A stretch of DNA of 64,000 nucleotides, taken from assembly GCA_963845245.1 (NCBI GenBank), contig CAWJRJ010000018.1:1-64000 (forward strand). The letters run 5' to 3'. Below, piece after piece: positions 1-8,978 of this stretch. Under the pieces are notes generated by a model. It did no database searches, was not told the DNA's origin, and worked only from the letters and a program-made list of their open reading frames with translations. Each line of letters begins with the position of its first letter. Within the stretch, counting starts at the first letter, position 1. The position numbers and the translations under genes are program-made. Source of the stretch: Nitrospirota bacterium. Its GTDB lineage: Bacteria; Nitrospirota; JACRHJ01.

Positions 1-168
1 ATGTTTTGTAGCCACTGGTTCCGTTCTCGTATTGCTACTGTGAGTGTTCCAAGGTATATCTGTGTTACAGCGACAGAAGTAAGTGTCAGCGTGATTAATA
101 GTGCCAGGATATACAGGAATGTCCTGTAGGGGATTATATGATTTTTTTCATTCTCCATTTTTTTAACT

Positions 169-711
169 TTAAGTAATGAGATAGAAGAGGGGAAAGAGAA
201 AGATCCATATAAGGTCGACCAGGTGCCAGTACAATCCGCTATTCTCAAGTAAGACATAATTCTCAGTATTGATTTTTTCCCTGTAAACCTTGACTGTGAT
301 GACACTGATAAATACTAATCCGATGAACCTGAAGAGGCTGATCGAGGGGTGTTCCGCGCGATGCTGCAAGATGTTCTGCTGAACATTGATTCCACAACGA
401 ACGGCGGAGGCGGCCGAGTAGAAAACCGCCATGATGCCGTCTCCGGCGTGTTTGACTTCGCGTCCACTCGCCCCCGTCAGCGCAGCGCGCACGATGCGAT
501 CGTGTACGAGGAGCAGTGTGAGCGCCATTTCGTCTCCGAGGCGCCGCGTCATGTTGGTCGAGCCCACAATGTCCGTGAATAGAATCGTGCGCGTTCCGGG
601 GTCGTGTTGGGATTTTTCGGGAAGAAGCGCGCAGACTGTCGGTTTCGGCGGCGCCCATGAAGGCCTCGGCCACTTCGCCGCCGTCACTTCCATGATCCGC
701 GCGGCGGTCAA
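169..711 (-). pseudogene. Degenerate composite ORF: class III nucleotidyl-cyclase-like fragment (about 366-594) followed by a COX3-like C-terminal helix (169-330)
   Basis: Translation carries FTDIVGST...GDGIMAVF cyclase-type motifs, then ...NSGLYWHLVDLIWIFLFPLFYLIT, which mirrors the C-terminus ([22 protein letters not shown]) of the coxIII ORF at 43715-44317. Bases 1-330 are AT-rich, unlike the rest of the window. It overlaps the N-terminus of the OmpA-like ORF on the other strand. Confidence 0.3.
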
Positions 712-1570
712 GGACCGTGGGCATCGCGGTGCACGGCGTCGGCGGCTTCAGCGCTCGGCGCACCCGGCCAAGGGCCCTGGGGACTCGACCGGGTTCTTCG
801 ACTACGGCGCAGGTGTCCAGTACTTCCTGAGCGAGAACCTTGCAGTCCGCACCGACGTCCGCCACGTTTTAGCGTTCAACGAGGGCGAGAACAACCTCAT
901 GTACACCGCAGGCCTTACCTATTATATGGGCGGTGGCAAACCCGCCCCGGCGCCTGTTGCCGTGACTCCTCCGCCTGCGCCCGCGCCGGAACCGGCACCC
1001 GCTCCCAAGGTTGAGGCCCCCGCGCCCGCGCCGGCCCCGGAGCGCAAGGTTGAAGAGACCCCCGCGCCAGCGCCGGAACCGGTAAAGCCGGCCCCGCTGA
1101 CGAAGGAACTCTGCATAAATGTAAAGGTCGAGTTCGATTTCGACAAGTGGAACATCAGGCCGCAGTATCACGATGAGCTTAAGAAAATAGCGGATTGCCT
1201 CAAGGACTACCCGGAAAACTACGCCGTCCTCGAAGGCCATACCGACAGCAAGGGCACAGTCAAGTACAACCAGAGGCTTTCCGAGAGGCGCGCCAATAGC
1301 GTCAGGGACTACCTTATAAAGAACTTCGGCACGGACGGCTCCAAGCTTTCCGCCGTAGGTTACGGCAAGCTCAGGCCGATAGCCACCAACGATACCGAAG
1401 AAGGCCGTCAGACGAACCGCAGGACGGAGCTTCACATCAAGCCGATAGCCGAGATGTCCAAGGACACCAAGGAGACAAAGCCCGAAGTGAAGAAGGCCAA
1501 GAAGGCAAAAAAGGCGAAGAAGGCCAAGAAGGCAGAGGCCGCTGCTCCTGCCGCAGAAGAGACGAAGTAA
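431..1570 (+). CDS. OmpA-family outer-membrane/peptidoglycan-binding protein with a Pro/Ala-rich linker and a (KKA)n C-terminal tail. The true start is uncertain; only about 780 onward is secure.
   Basis: The C-terminal OmpA_C motifs (NQRLSERRANSVRDYL, TDSKG, RRTELHI) are preceded by a PAPAPEPAPAP linker and barrel-like strands (GAGVQYFLSENLAVRTDVRHVLAF). The N-terminal 120 aa of the ORF are Arg-rich, look like a GC-shadow of the opposite strand, and overlap the minus-strand cyclase-like fragment. Confidence 0.65.
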   Translation: MMPSPACLTSRPLAPVSAARTMRSCTRSSVSAISSPRRRVMLVEPTMSVNRIVRVPGSCWDFSGRSAQTVGFGGAHEGLGHFAAVTSMIRAAVKDRGHRGARRRRLQRSAHPAKGPGDSTGFFDYGAGVQYFLSENLAVRTDVRHVLAFNEGENNLMYTAGLTYYMGGGKPAPAPVAVTPPPAPAPEPAPAPKVEAPAPAPAPERKVEETPAPAPEPVKPAPLTKELCINVKVEFDFDKWNIRPQYHDELKKIADCLKDYPENYAVLEGHTDSKGTVKYNQRLSERRANSVRDYLIKNFGTDGSKLSAVGYGKLRPIATNDTEEGRQTNRRTELHIKPIAEMSKDTKETKPEVKKAKKAKKAKKAKKAEAAAPAAEETK

Positions 1571-1601
1571 ATTACGGCTTCGGCCGTTATGGATAAGAGA
1601 A

Positions 1602-1636
1602 AGGGGCTGCGGAATATTCCGCAGCCCCTTTTTGTT
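1602..1636 (+). terminator. Intrinsic terminator downstream of the OmpA-family gene
   Basis: Perfect hairpin AGGGGCTGCGG-aatatt-CCGCAGCCCCT followed by TTTTTGTTT. Confidence 0.7.
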
Positions 1637-1757
1637 TACAGTTGGTCGTCGTCTTGACCCCGCTTAAAATATATCCCTTCAAAGCGTTAATTTTCTGATA
1701 AAATAATAAAAGAAACAAGAAATGCGGGATGTGCCCTTATCCCGGGCAGGTAGTAAT

Positions 1758-2009
1758 ATGGACGAGAAGGAAAAAGAATACGACCTTGTGGAAGAGGCTC
1801 GCAGGCTCCGGACCTTCCGGTTCCTTACCGACCTCACAGTCCAGAGGCTCTCTGTCGAACGCCTCACGCTTTCTGAAGCCTATGAACTGATAGACGAACT
1901 CAGGCGTGTGTCGGAGTCGTTCTTTCCAGGCAAGTCCAGTGTCTTTGACCTCGTAATTTCGCCACGCCTCAACAGGGTAATAGACGAGCGGTTCTTCAGG
2001 GTAAGCTGA
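1758..2009 (+). CDS. Hypothetical small protein
   Basis: ORF with a coding-like composition (MDEKEKEYDLVEEARRL...); no recognisable domain; weak SD. Confidence 0.3.
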   Translation: MDEKEKEYDLVEEARRLRTFRFLTDLTVQRLSVERLTLSEAYELIDELRRVSESFFPGKSSVFDLVISPRLNRVIDERFFRVS

Positions 2010-2037
2010 CCATGCATTCACACGTAAAGGAGGCACG

Positions 2038-2400
2038 ATGAAAAGGACGGCAATAGCGACTGTACTTTTTTCATTTGTACTTGCAGTACCGGCATTTGCA
2101 GCGGAGGGCGGCCAGCCCCCGCAAGGGCAGGGACAAACCTTTGAGCAGAGGAAGGCCGCTATCCTGAAGATGATCGACGAGCGGATAGCGAACATTCAGG
2201 AAGAGAGAGGTTGCGTGGAGGCCGCAAAGAACGACGACGACCTCAAGGTATGCAGGGATCAGAGCAGGGCCCGGATGGAGAAAGAACGGGAAGGCAGAAG
2301 GCCTTTGGGCGGACAGCGAGGACAGCGTGGGCCTGGAGGACAAGGACCTGGCGGCCAAGGACAGGGTATACAGGCGCCTCCTCCACATCAGGGCCAGTAA
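2038..2400 (+). CDS. Secreted Gly/Gln-rich small protein
   Basis: Strong SD (AAGGAGG) and signal peptide MKRTAIATVLFSFVLAVPAFAAEG; the C-terminus has collagen-like GQRGQRGPGGQGPGGQGQG repeats. Confidence 0.55.
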   Translation: MKRTAIATVLFSFVLAVPAFAAEGGQPPQGQGQTFEQRKAAILKMIDERIANIQEERGCVEAAKNDDDLKVCRDQSRARMEKEREGRRPLGGQRGQRGPGGQGPGGQGQGIQAPPPHQGQ

Positions 2401-2468
2401 AAGCTATCCGGAAAGTTTCTCAGTGTAAAAACATAGGGGCTGCGGCTGTTGCCGTGGCCCTTATTTTA

Positions 2469-3207
2469 TTACAGCTTTCTCACAAACCGTTCCCTGAACT
2501 CCTTCACTTCCTCCGGCGGTACGTTCTTTGAATCCCCGACACGTTTCAGCGCCGCTTCCGGGTCGTCGTGTATTGCCTGAACCACCTTGCTCACGGCCGT
2601 AGCAAAACGGTTTATACGCGCGTCAACCTTATTGGGGAAAAGGTACGCCGCCAGCCTGAAGGCAGCGCCCGCGACCGAGTTGTCCACCATCATGTAGCCC
2701 CTCGCATTGGCCTCGAGGTGGCAGTCCCTACCAGTCCCCGCCTCTTTGTACTCCACTATAAGCGCCATCCGCCCGTTGAGCCTCACGCCCGGCATCAGCT
2801 TCCAGAAGCCCGCGATGTAGTACATCCTCTTGCCCGGCTCGCTTATCACAATGTCCATGTCGCCTACGAGGTTCCCCTTGTCGTCAATGTGGTACGTCCC
2901 AGGTCTCGTCATCGTAATAGCGTATTTGTCGAGCGATTTGTGCAGCTTGCCGGCAAGCGCGACGGACGTGCGCGGCCTGTCCAGCAGGAAGTCGAAGTCC
3001 TCCGAACTGCACGGCATGCCCTTCAGCTCCGTCTTGCGGTAGAGCGTCGGCTTGTCCAGGAGCTCCCGTGGCGGCCGCGCCCTTCTTTTTGGCCAGCACG
3101 TCGAATTCCGGGTCGGCGGCATAAAGGTAACCCGCAAAGGCCGTAAGCATGACGGCCAGCAAAATAGCAAAAGATGCTACCTGCCTGAAACTTGTAACAG
3201 TACTCAT
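2469..3207 (-). CDS. Secreted hypothetical protein with an apparent frameshift near 3080
   Basis: Signal peptide MSTVTSFRQVASFAILLAVMLTAFAGYLYAADPEF in the 2884-3207 ORF continues in another frame (2469-3170) as a well-formed protein ...EEVKEFRERFVRKL. The junction is at a GC run. Confidence 0.5.
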
Positions 3208-3367
3208 TAAAGCCTCTCTTGATGTTGGGTATGACTATTATAAGACGAACGTGGCCTTTTTGCGACTACATTTTTAATGCAACGCCGTGGCATTTATTGG
3301 ACAGAAAACAAAACGGAGGCTATTATTAAGATAGTAAATAATGATTTTTTGATAAAAGGGGGAACGC

Positions 3368-6300
3368 ATGGTATTTAAACGGATACTGGCAATACTTTTG
3401 CGCTTCCAGAAATACATCGCCGCCCTGGCGATATTCCTTGCCGTGGTCTCCGTGGCCGCGGTTATCATACTCCCGCCCATACTCAAGGACGTGCTCACAA
3501 AGAAGCTTGGCGAGGAGCTTCACCGCCCGGTCTCGATCCGTCAGATAATCATGAACCCGTTCGCCCTCTCGGTGACCGTCAAGGGCGTTGAGATAAAGGA
3601 GAAGGGCTCGCCCAAGACCTTCGTCTCCTTCGACGAGCTTTATGTCAACCTGGAGAGCGTTTCCATAGTAAAAGGCGGCTTGGTACTCAGGGAGATAAGC
3701 CTCGTCCACCCGTATGTGAACGTCAAGCGAAACTCTGACCTGTCCTATAACTTTTCAGACCTTCTGGAGAAGAAAGGGCCGCCCAAGAAAGAGTCCAAGC
3801 CGTTCAAGTTCTCTTTCAACAACATAAGCATCAAAGACGGCTCTGCGGATTTCGACGACGGCCCCAAGAAGGTGAAACACAAGGTGACCGGCGTGAACCT
3901 GTCGGTCCCGTTCGTCTCCAACCTGGACTACTACACCGACACCTACGTAAAACCTTCATTCTCGGCAATGGTGAACGGCAGACCTGTGGAGCTTAAGGGA
4001 GAGACGAAGATATTCGCTGACTCCCGCGAGACCAAGTTCAACATAAACATAGAGAACTTCAGCATACCCTATTACCTTGCTTACGTGCCGGTAAAGATGG
4101 GTTTCTCGATACCGTCCGGGCTTGTCGACATTGCGACCAGTGTTTCGTACAAACAGTTCACCGGCGGGAAGAAGCCACAGGTCGTATTGTACGGAAACGT
4201 CGCGTTGAAAAATTTTGCGGTCAATATAAACAAAGACGAGCAGGTATTAAAGCTGCCGCGTGTCGATGTATCAATCATTTCCGTACAGCCCTTTGCCAAA
4301 AGAGTAAAACTCCAGTCGGTCGTTGTTAGTTCCCCGAGCCTGATCGTCATCAGGGACGCGTCAGGTAAGCTTAACCTGCTCTCCATGCTCGGAGAAGGCG
4401 CGCCTCCCGGCCAACCCAAACCTGCGGAAAACGCCGGCGATAAACTTTCGCTCGATATTGGCACTGTAAGGCTCAAGGACGGCAACGTCTCGTTCTCAGA
4501 CCACGCTGTGCCCGGATCTTTCAAGGCGGTGCTTCAGGCCATCGACCTTACGGTTGTGAACTTCAATAACGAAAAAGGCTGGAAGACCTCCATAGAGCTG
4601 GCGCTTGGCACCGATGCCGGTGAGACCGTGAAGTTCAGTGGTGGCGTGATACTCGACCCGCTGGCGTCGGAGGGCAAGGTGGACGTGGCCAATATCCCGC
4701 TGAACAGGTACGCGCCGTACTACAGGGACGCCGTGCTGCTCGACGTCAAGGACGGCATGGCTGGGCCTTAGCACCAGTTTCAGCTATGCCAAAGGCGAAA
4801 ATGGGCCGGATGCGCGGCTGACCGACCTTTCCGTCGGCATAAAGTCGCTTGTACTTAAAAAGAGGGGTGCGGGCAGGGAGTTTTTCAAGCTGCCGGAATT
4901 GAAGATCAGCGGGACCTCATGCGACCTCGCAAAAAAAGAGGTTGTACTCGGTGAGGTGACAAGCAGTGGACGGCTTGTTGGAGGCCTCACGCCTGAAGGA
5001 CGGCAGCATTGACCTGGCCTCGCTGGTAAAGCCTTCCGCCAAAGCCCCGGCAAAGGCTCCAGCGAAGATGGAAAAGCCCTGGGATATCACAGTCAAGAGC
5101 GTATCGATCGATTCGTGGGCCTTTAACTTCAAGGACCAGGTCCCCGCTGAGCCGGTAAACGTCTCTATAAGGAAGATAAAGTTTACAGGCGAGAACCTAT
5201 CGACCGTAAAGAACGCGAAGGGTTCTCAGTCGCTTTCACTGGCCATAAACAAGAAAGGGACTCTTTCCGAGAAAGGGACAGTCAGCATTAACCCGCTGAC
5301 GGCCAACCTGAGGGTCTCGGCGAAGGGCGTCGAGATCACGCCGTTCCAGCCTTATTTCACGGACAAGGTCAGGATCGTCGTTGCCGACGGGAGCATCTCG
5401 GCGGGCGGAAGCGTCTCGGTCGCGCAGAATGCGGGCAAGTTCCGGGCCGCATACAAAGGCGATGTGTCGCTCAACAGCCTCAAGACCTTCGACAAAGAAA
5501 ATGCCGGACGAGGTCCTCAGCTGGGACTCGCTCTTTATCAAAGGCATCGATGCAGGCTACAACCCAGGCTATGCGAGGATAAAAGAGGTAGCGCTTACGG
5601 ACTTCGTCTCGAAGCTTGTCATAAACCAGGACGGCTCCCTTAATGTGCAGTCGATAGTCGTTACGGAGGAAAAACCCAAGGAGGCCGAGACAGCGCAGCC
5701 ACAGGGCCAGGCGACTTCAATAAAGCCGGTAAAGGTGGCCGGCGTCCAGCACCGCCCCTGCACAGAAGGAGCCTTTCCCCGTCAGCATAGAGAAGGTTAC
5801 GGTGCAAGGCGGGCATGTAGACTTCACGGACATGAGCGTCAAGCCCAACTATACTGCGGACCTCTCGGCATTGGCGGGCAGGGTGACCGGCTTGTCCTCA
5901 GAGGCCACGAAGATGGCCGACCTGGACTTGAAATGCATGTTCAACAACTATGCGCCATTGGAGATAACCGGCAGGATAAACCCGCTAAGGGAAGACCTCT
6001 TCGTCGATATCAAGGCAAGGTTCACGGACGTCGACTTAAGCCCGCTCACGCCGTACTCCGGCAAGTACGCCGGGTACACCATCAAGAAGGGCAAGCTATC
6101 TCTCGACCTGAAATATCTCATAGACAAAAAGAAGCTGGACTCAAGCAACGTGGTATTCCTGGACCAGTTCACCTTTGGCGAGAGGGTGGAGAGCGACAAG
6201 GCCACCAAGCTGCCTGTCAGGCTTGCAGTGGCGCTCCTCAAGGACAGGAAGGGCGAGATACACCTCGACCTTCCTGTAACGGGGCGGACTGACGACCCGA

Positions 6301-6968
6301 AGTTCCGCATAGGCGGGCTTATCTTGCAGGTGATCCTGAATATCCTGTCGAAGGCCGCTACTTCTCCCTTCGCCCTTCTGGGCGCCATCTTCGGCGGCGG
6401 CGAGGAACTGGGCTACATGGAGTACGATTACGGCAGGGCGGATTTAGGCGAAGCGGGGATAAAGAAGCTCGACACCCTGGCAAAGGCGCTCTCCGACAGG
6501 CCCGCCCTTAAGCTGTCCATCGAGGGGCATGTCGATATAGAGAAAGACAAGGAAGCCCTGAGGCAGATCATCTTCAATAGGAAGGTCAAGGCGCAGAAGC
6601 TTAAGGACATGATAAGCGAAGGGGAGAAGGCGGTGCCTGTAGACGATGTAACAGTATCTCCGGCCGAGTACGAGAAGTATCTGAGGCTCGCATACAAGGC
6701 CGAGAAGTTCCCGAAACCCAGGAACATAATCGGCTTTGCCAAAAAACTGCCCGTCCCAGAGATGGAAAAGCTGATGTTGACCAATACAGAGGTGACGGAC
6801 AGCGACCTGCGTGCGCTTGCGTCGCAACGCGCGGAAAAGGTAAGGGCGTACATAATCGGTACCGGTAAAGTCGAGTCCGAAAGGGTGTTCATGGCAGAGC
6901 CAAAGACGCTTGCCCCGGAGAAAAAGGATAACCTTAAAGACTCCCGCGCCGTGTTCATACTCAGTTAA
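3368..6968 (+). CDS. Large AsmA-like/DUF748-family envelope protein with an OmpA-like C-terminal region; split by about 5 apparent frameshifts (near 4760, 4960, 5500, 5750)
   Basis: N-terminal TM anchor, then repeated beta-rich segments typical of the AsmA/DUF748 family. The C-terminus reads ...[32 protein letters not shown]. Consecutive ORFs in three frames read as one continuous protein. Confidence 0.6.
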
Positions 6969-6987
6969 ACATAAAGGAAGGGCAGCC

Positions 6988-7419
6988 ATGCTTAAAGAGT
7001 TCAAAGAGTTCGCGCTTCACGGCAACGTCATGGATATGGCCATAGGTATCATCATCGGTGCCGCGTTCGGCAAGCTTGTCACCCTATTTGTCAGCGACGT
7101 CCTCATGCCGCCCATAGGTCTGCTCCTGGGAAAAGTGGATTTCTCCAACCTCTACATAACACTTTCCGGTAACGAGTACGAGACGCTTGCCGCCGCAAAG
7201 GCGGCCGGTGCGGTCACTATAAACTACGGCATCTTCCTGAACGCCGTGATAGATTTTACCATCGTCGCTTTTACTGTATTCCTGCTGGTGCGCTATATAA
7301 ACCGGCTGAAGAGGCCGGAGCCGGCGCCTCAAGCACCGGAGACGAAGGAATGCCGCTTCTGCTTTTCTTCGGTGCCTGCAAAGGCCTCCCGATGCCCGCA
7401 CTGCACTTCCGAAATATAA
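6988..7419 (+). CDS. mscL: Large-conductance mechanosensitive channel MscL with an unusual C-terminal CxxC-x11-CxxC tail
   Basis: The MscL N-terminus ([30 protein letters not shown]...[12 protein letters not shown]) is preceded by SD AAGGAAGGG. The protein ends ...[24 protein letters not shown]. Confidence 0.85.
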   Translation: MLKEFKEFALHGNVMDMAIGIIIGAAFGKLVTLFVSDVLMPPIGLLLGKVDFSNLYITLSGNEYETLAAAKAAGAVTINYGIFLNAVIDFTIVAFTVFLLVRYINRLKRPEPAPQAPETKECRFCFSSVPAKASRCPHCTSEI

Positions 7420-7439
7420 AAAAACATCGGAGACACGTC

Positions 7440-8843
7440 ATGGAACTGAACGCCAAGACAAAAATATCCACGATACTTGCCGCATATCCGTTCATAAAAG
7501 ACTACCTTGCAGCCATAAACCCGAGCTTCAAGGCGCTCGACAACCCGGTGATGATGAACACGCTGGGCCGCATGGCGACGCTCAGCCAGGTTGCGCTGAT
7601 GGGCGGAGTCGAGCTCGACGTGCTCATTGCCGGTATTGCGGATGAGATTAAAACGAAGACGGGGGAGGAAACAGTTACGGAATCAGATATTGTGGTGCCC
7701 GAACGGCGCCAGGAGATACTGAAGGGTATAATAAGGGACCTTCACAAGGGCGTCGATATAGACATACTGAAGAAGCGGTTTCTCAAACTTATCAAGGACG
7801 TTTCTCCCGCCGAGATCGCATCCATGGAGCAGAAGCTTATGGATGAGGGAATGCCTGAGAGCGAGGTAAAGAGGCTCTGCTCGGTGCATGTGGAGGTCTT
7901 CAGGGAGTCTCTGGAGAAGACGAAGACTATACCAGGCCTGCCTTCCGGCCACCCTGTTCATACGCTGATGCTTGAGAACAGGCACGCGGAGGGTATCCTT
8001 GAAGAGCTGGGCGCTGCAAAGGGGAACAAGGACTTGGCCGCAGTCCTTGACAGGCTGTCCGAGATAGACAAACACTACCTCAGGAAGGAACACCAGCTAT
8101 TCCCCGTCCTCGAGGCGAAAGGGATATCGGGGCCTTCGAAGGTGATGTGGTCGTTGCACGACGATATAAGGTACTTCCTGAAGGATATAAAGGCGACGGC
8201 CAAAACGGCGATGCCGACCGACAACGAGCTGAAGACGCTTGCGTTCATGATAAACGACATGATCTACAAGGAGGAGCATATCCTCTTCCCCATGGCGCTT
8301 GAGACGCTTTCGGACGACGACTGGGCAAGGGTGAAAAAGGGCGAGGAGGAGATAGGGTTCGCATGGCTTGCGTCCGCCGAACCCTTGAAGCCCTCGGGAG
8401 GGGCGCCGCTTCCGCCGCTTCCGGCGGACAGGGTAGGCAGCCTGAACCTGGATACCGGCCAGGTGACGCCCGAGCAGGTCAATCTTATGCTCACACACCT
8501 GCCCGTGGACGTCTCTTTCGTGAACGAGAACGACGAGGTGATATATTACTCGCAGACAAAGGAGAGGATATTCCCGAGGAGCCCCGGCATAATAGGGCGC
8601 AAGGTCCAGAACTGCCACCCGCCCAAGAGCGTGCACGTCGTGGAGGCCATACTGGACGCCTTCAAGAAGGGCGAGAGGGACGTCGCCGAGTTCTGGCTCC
8701 AGATGAAGGGCCGGTTCATCCATATCAGGTATTTCGCCGTCCGGGACGAAGCAGGGACGTACAGAGGCACACTTGAAGTCAGCCAGGACGTGACGGAGAT
8801 ACGGGCCCTGAGCGGCGCCAGAAGATTGCTGGAATGGGATTAG
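7440..8843 (+). CDS. DUF1858/hemerythrin-like/DUF438 protein with a C-terminal PAS domain
   Basis: N-terminal DUF1858-like segment (ISTILAAYPFIKDYLAAINPSF), a central His/Glu-rich hemerythrin-like region, and a C-terminal PAS-like fold (VNENDEVIYYSQTKERIFPRSPGIIGRKVQNCHP...). Confidence 0.6.
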   Translation: MELNAKTKISTILAAYPFIKDYLAAINPSFKALDNPVMMNTLGRMATLSQVALMGGVELDVLIAGIADEIKTKTGEETVTESDIVVPERRQEILKGIIRDLHKGVDIDILKKRFLKLIKDVSPAEIASMEQKLMDEGMPESEVKRLCSVHVEVFRESLEKTKTIPGLPSGHPVHTLMLENRHAEGILEELGAAKGNKDLAAVLDRLSEIDKHYLRKEHQLFPVLEAKGISGPSKVMWSLHDDIRYFLKDIKATAKTAMPTDNELKTLAFMINDMIYKEEHILFPMALETLSDDDWARVKKGEEEIGFAWLASAEPLKPSGGAPLPPLPADRVGSLNLDTGQVTPEQVNLMLTHLPVDVSFVNENDEVIYYSQTKERIFPRSPGIIGRKVQNCHPPKSVHVVEAILDAFKKGERDVAEFWLQMKGRFIHIRYFAVRDEAGTYRGTLEVSQDVTEIRALSGARRLLEWD

Positions 8844-8861
8844 ATTCACCCAAGAAAAAAT

Positions 8862-8893
8862 CTTGACCGGGACTTATATAAAGTATAATCTTG
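8862..8893 (+). promoter_or_regulatory. Sigma70-like promoter candidate (TTGACC-15 nt-TATAAT)
   Basis: TTGACCgggacttatataaagTATAAT in the intergenic region upstream of the flotillin-like gene. Confidence 0.3.
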
Positions 8894-8904
8894 GTGCTTA
8901 TATT

Positions 8905-8960
8905 TTATGAGCACCTCGTAATGCGGCCCACCTCTGCAAACGGGGTGGGCTTTTTTATTA
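8905..8960 (+). ncRNA. Two-hairpin element ending in an intrinsic-terminator-like structure (leader or small-RNA candidate)
   Basis: GGTGCTtatattttatgAGCACC, then GCCCACCtctgcaaacGGGGTGGGC followed by TTTTTTATT. It lies 20 nt before the SD/ATG of the next gene. Confidence 0.3.
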
Positions 8961-8978
8961 ATCTTGGGGGAGGTACCT

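Noticed and set aside
1494-1540. (AAGAAGGCC)n microsatellite.
   Set aside because: It is the coding sequence of the Lys/Ala tail of the OmpA-family protein, not an independent repeat element.
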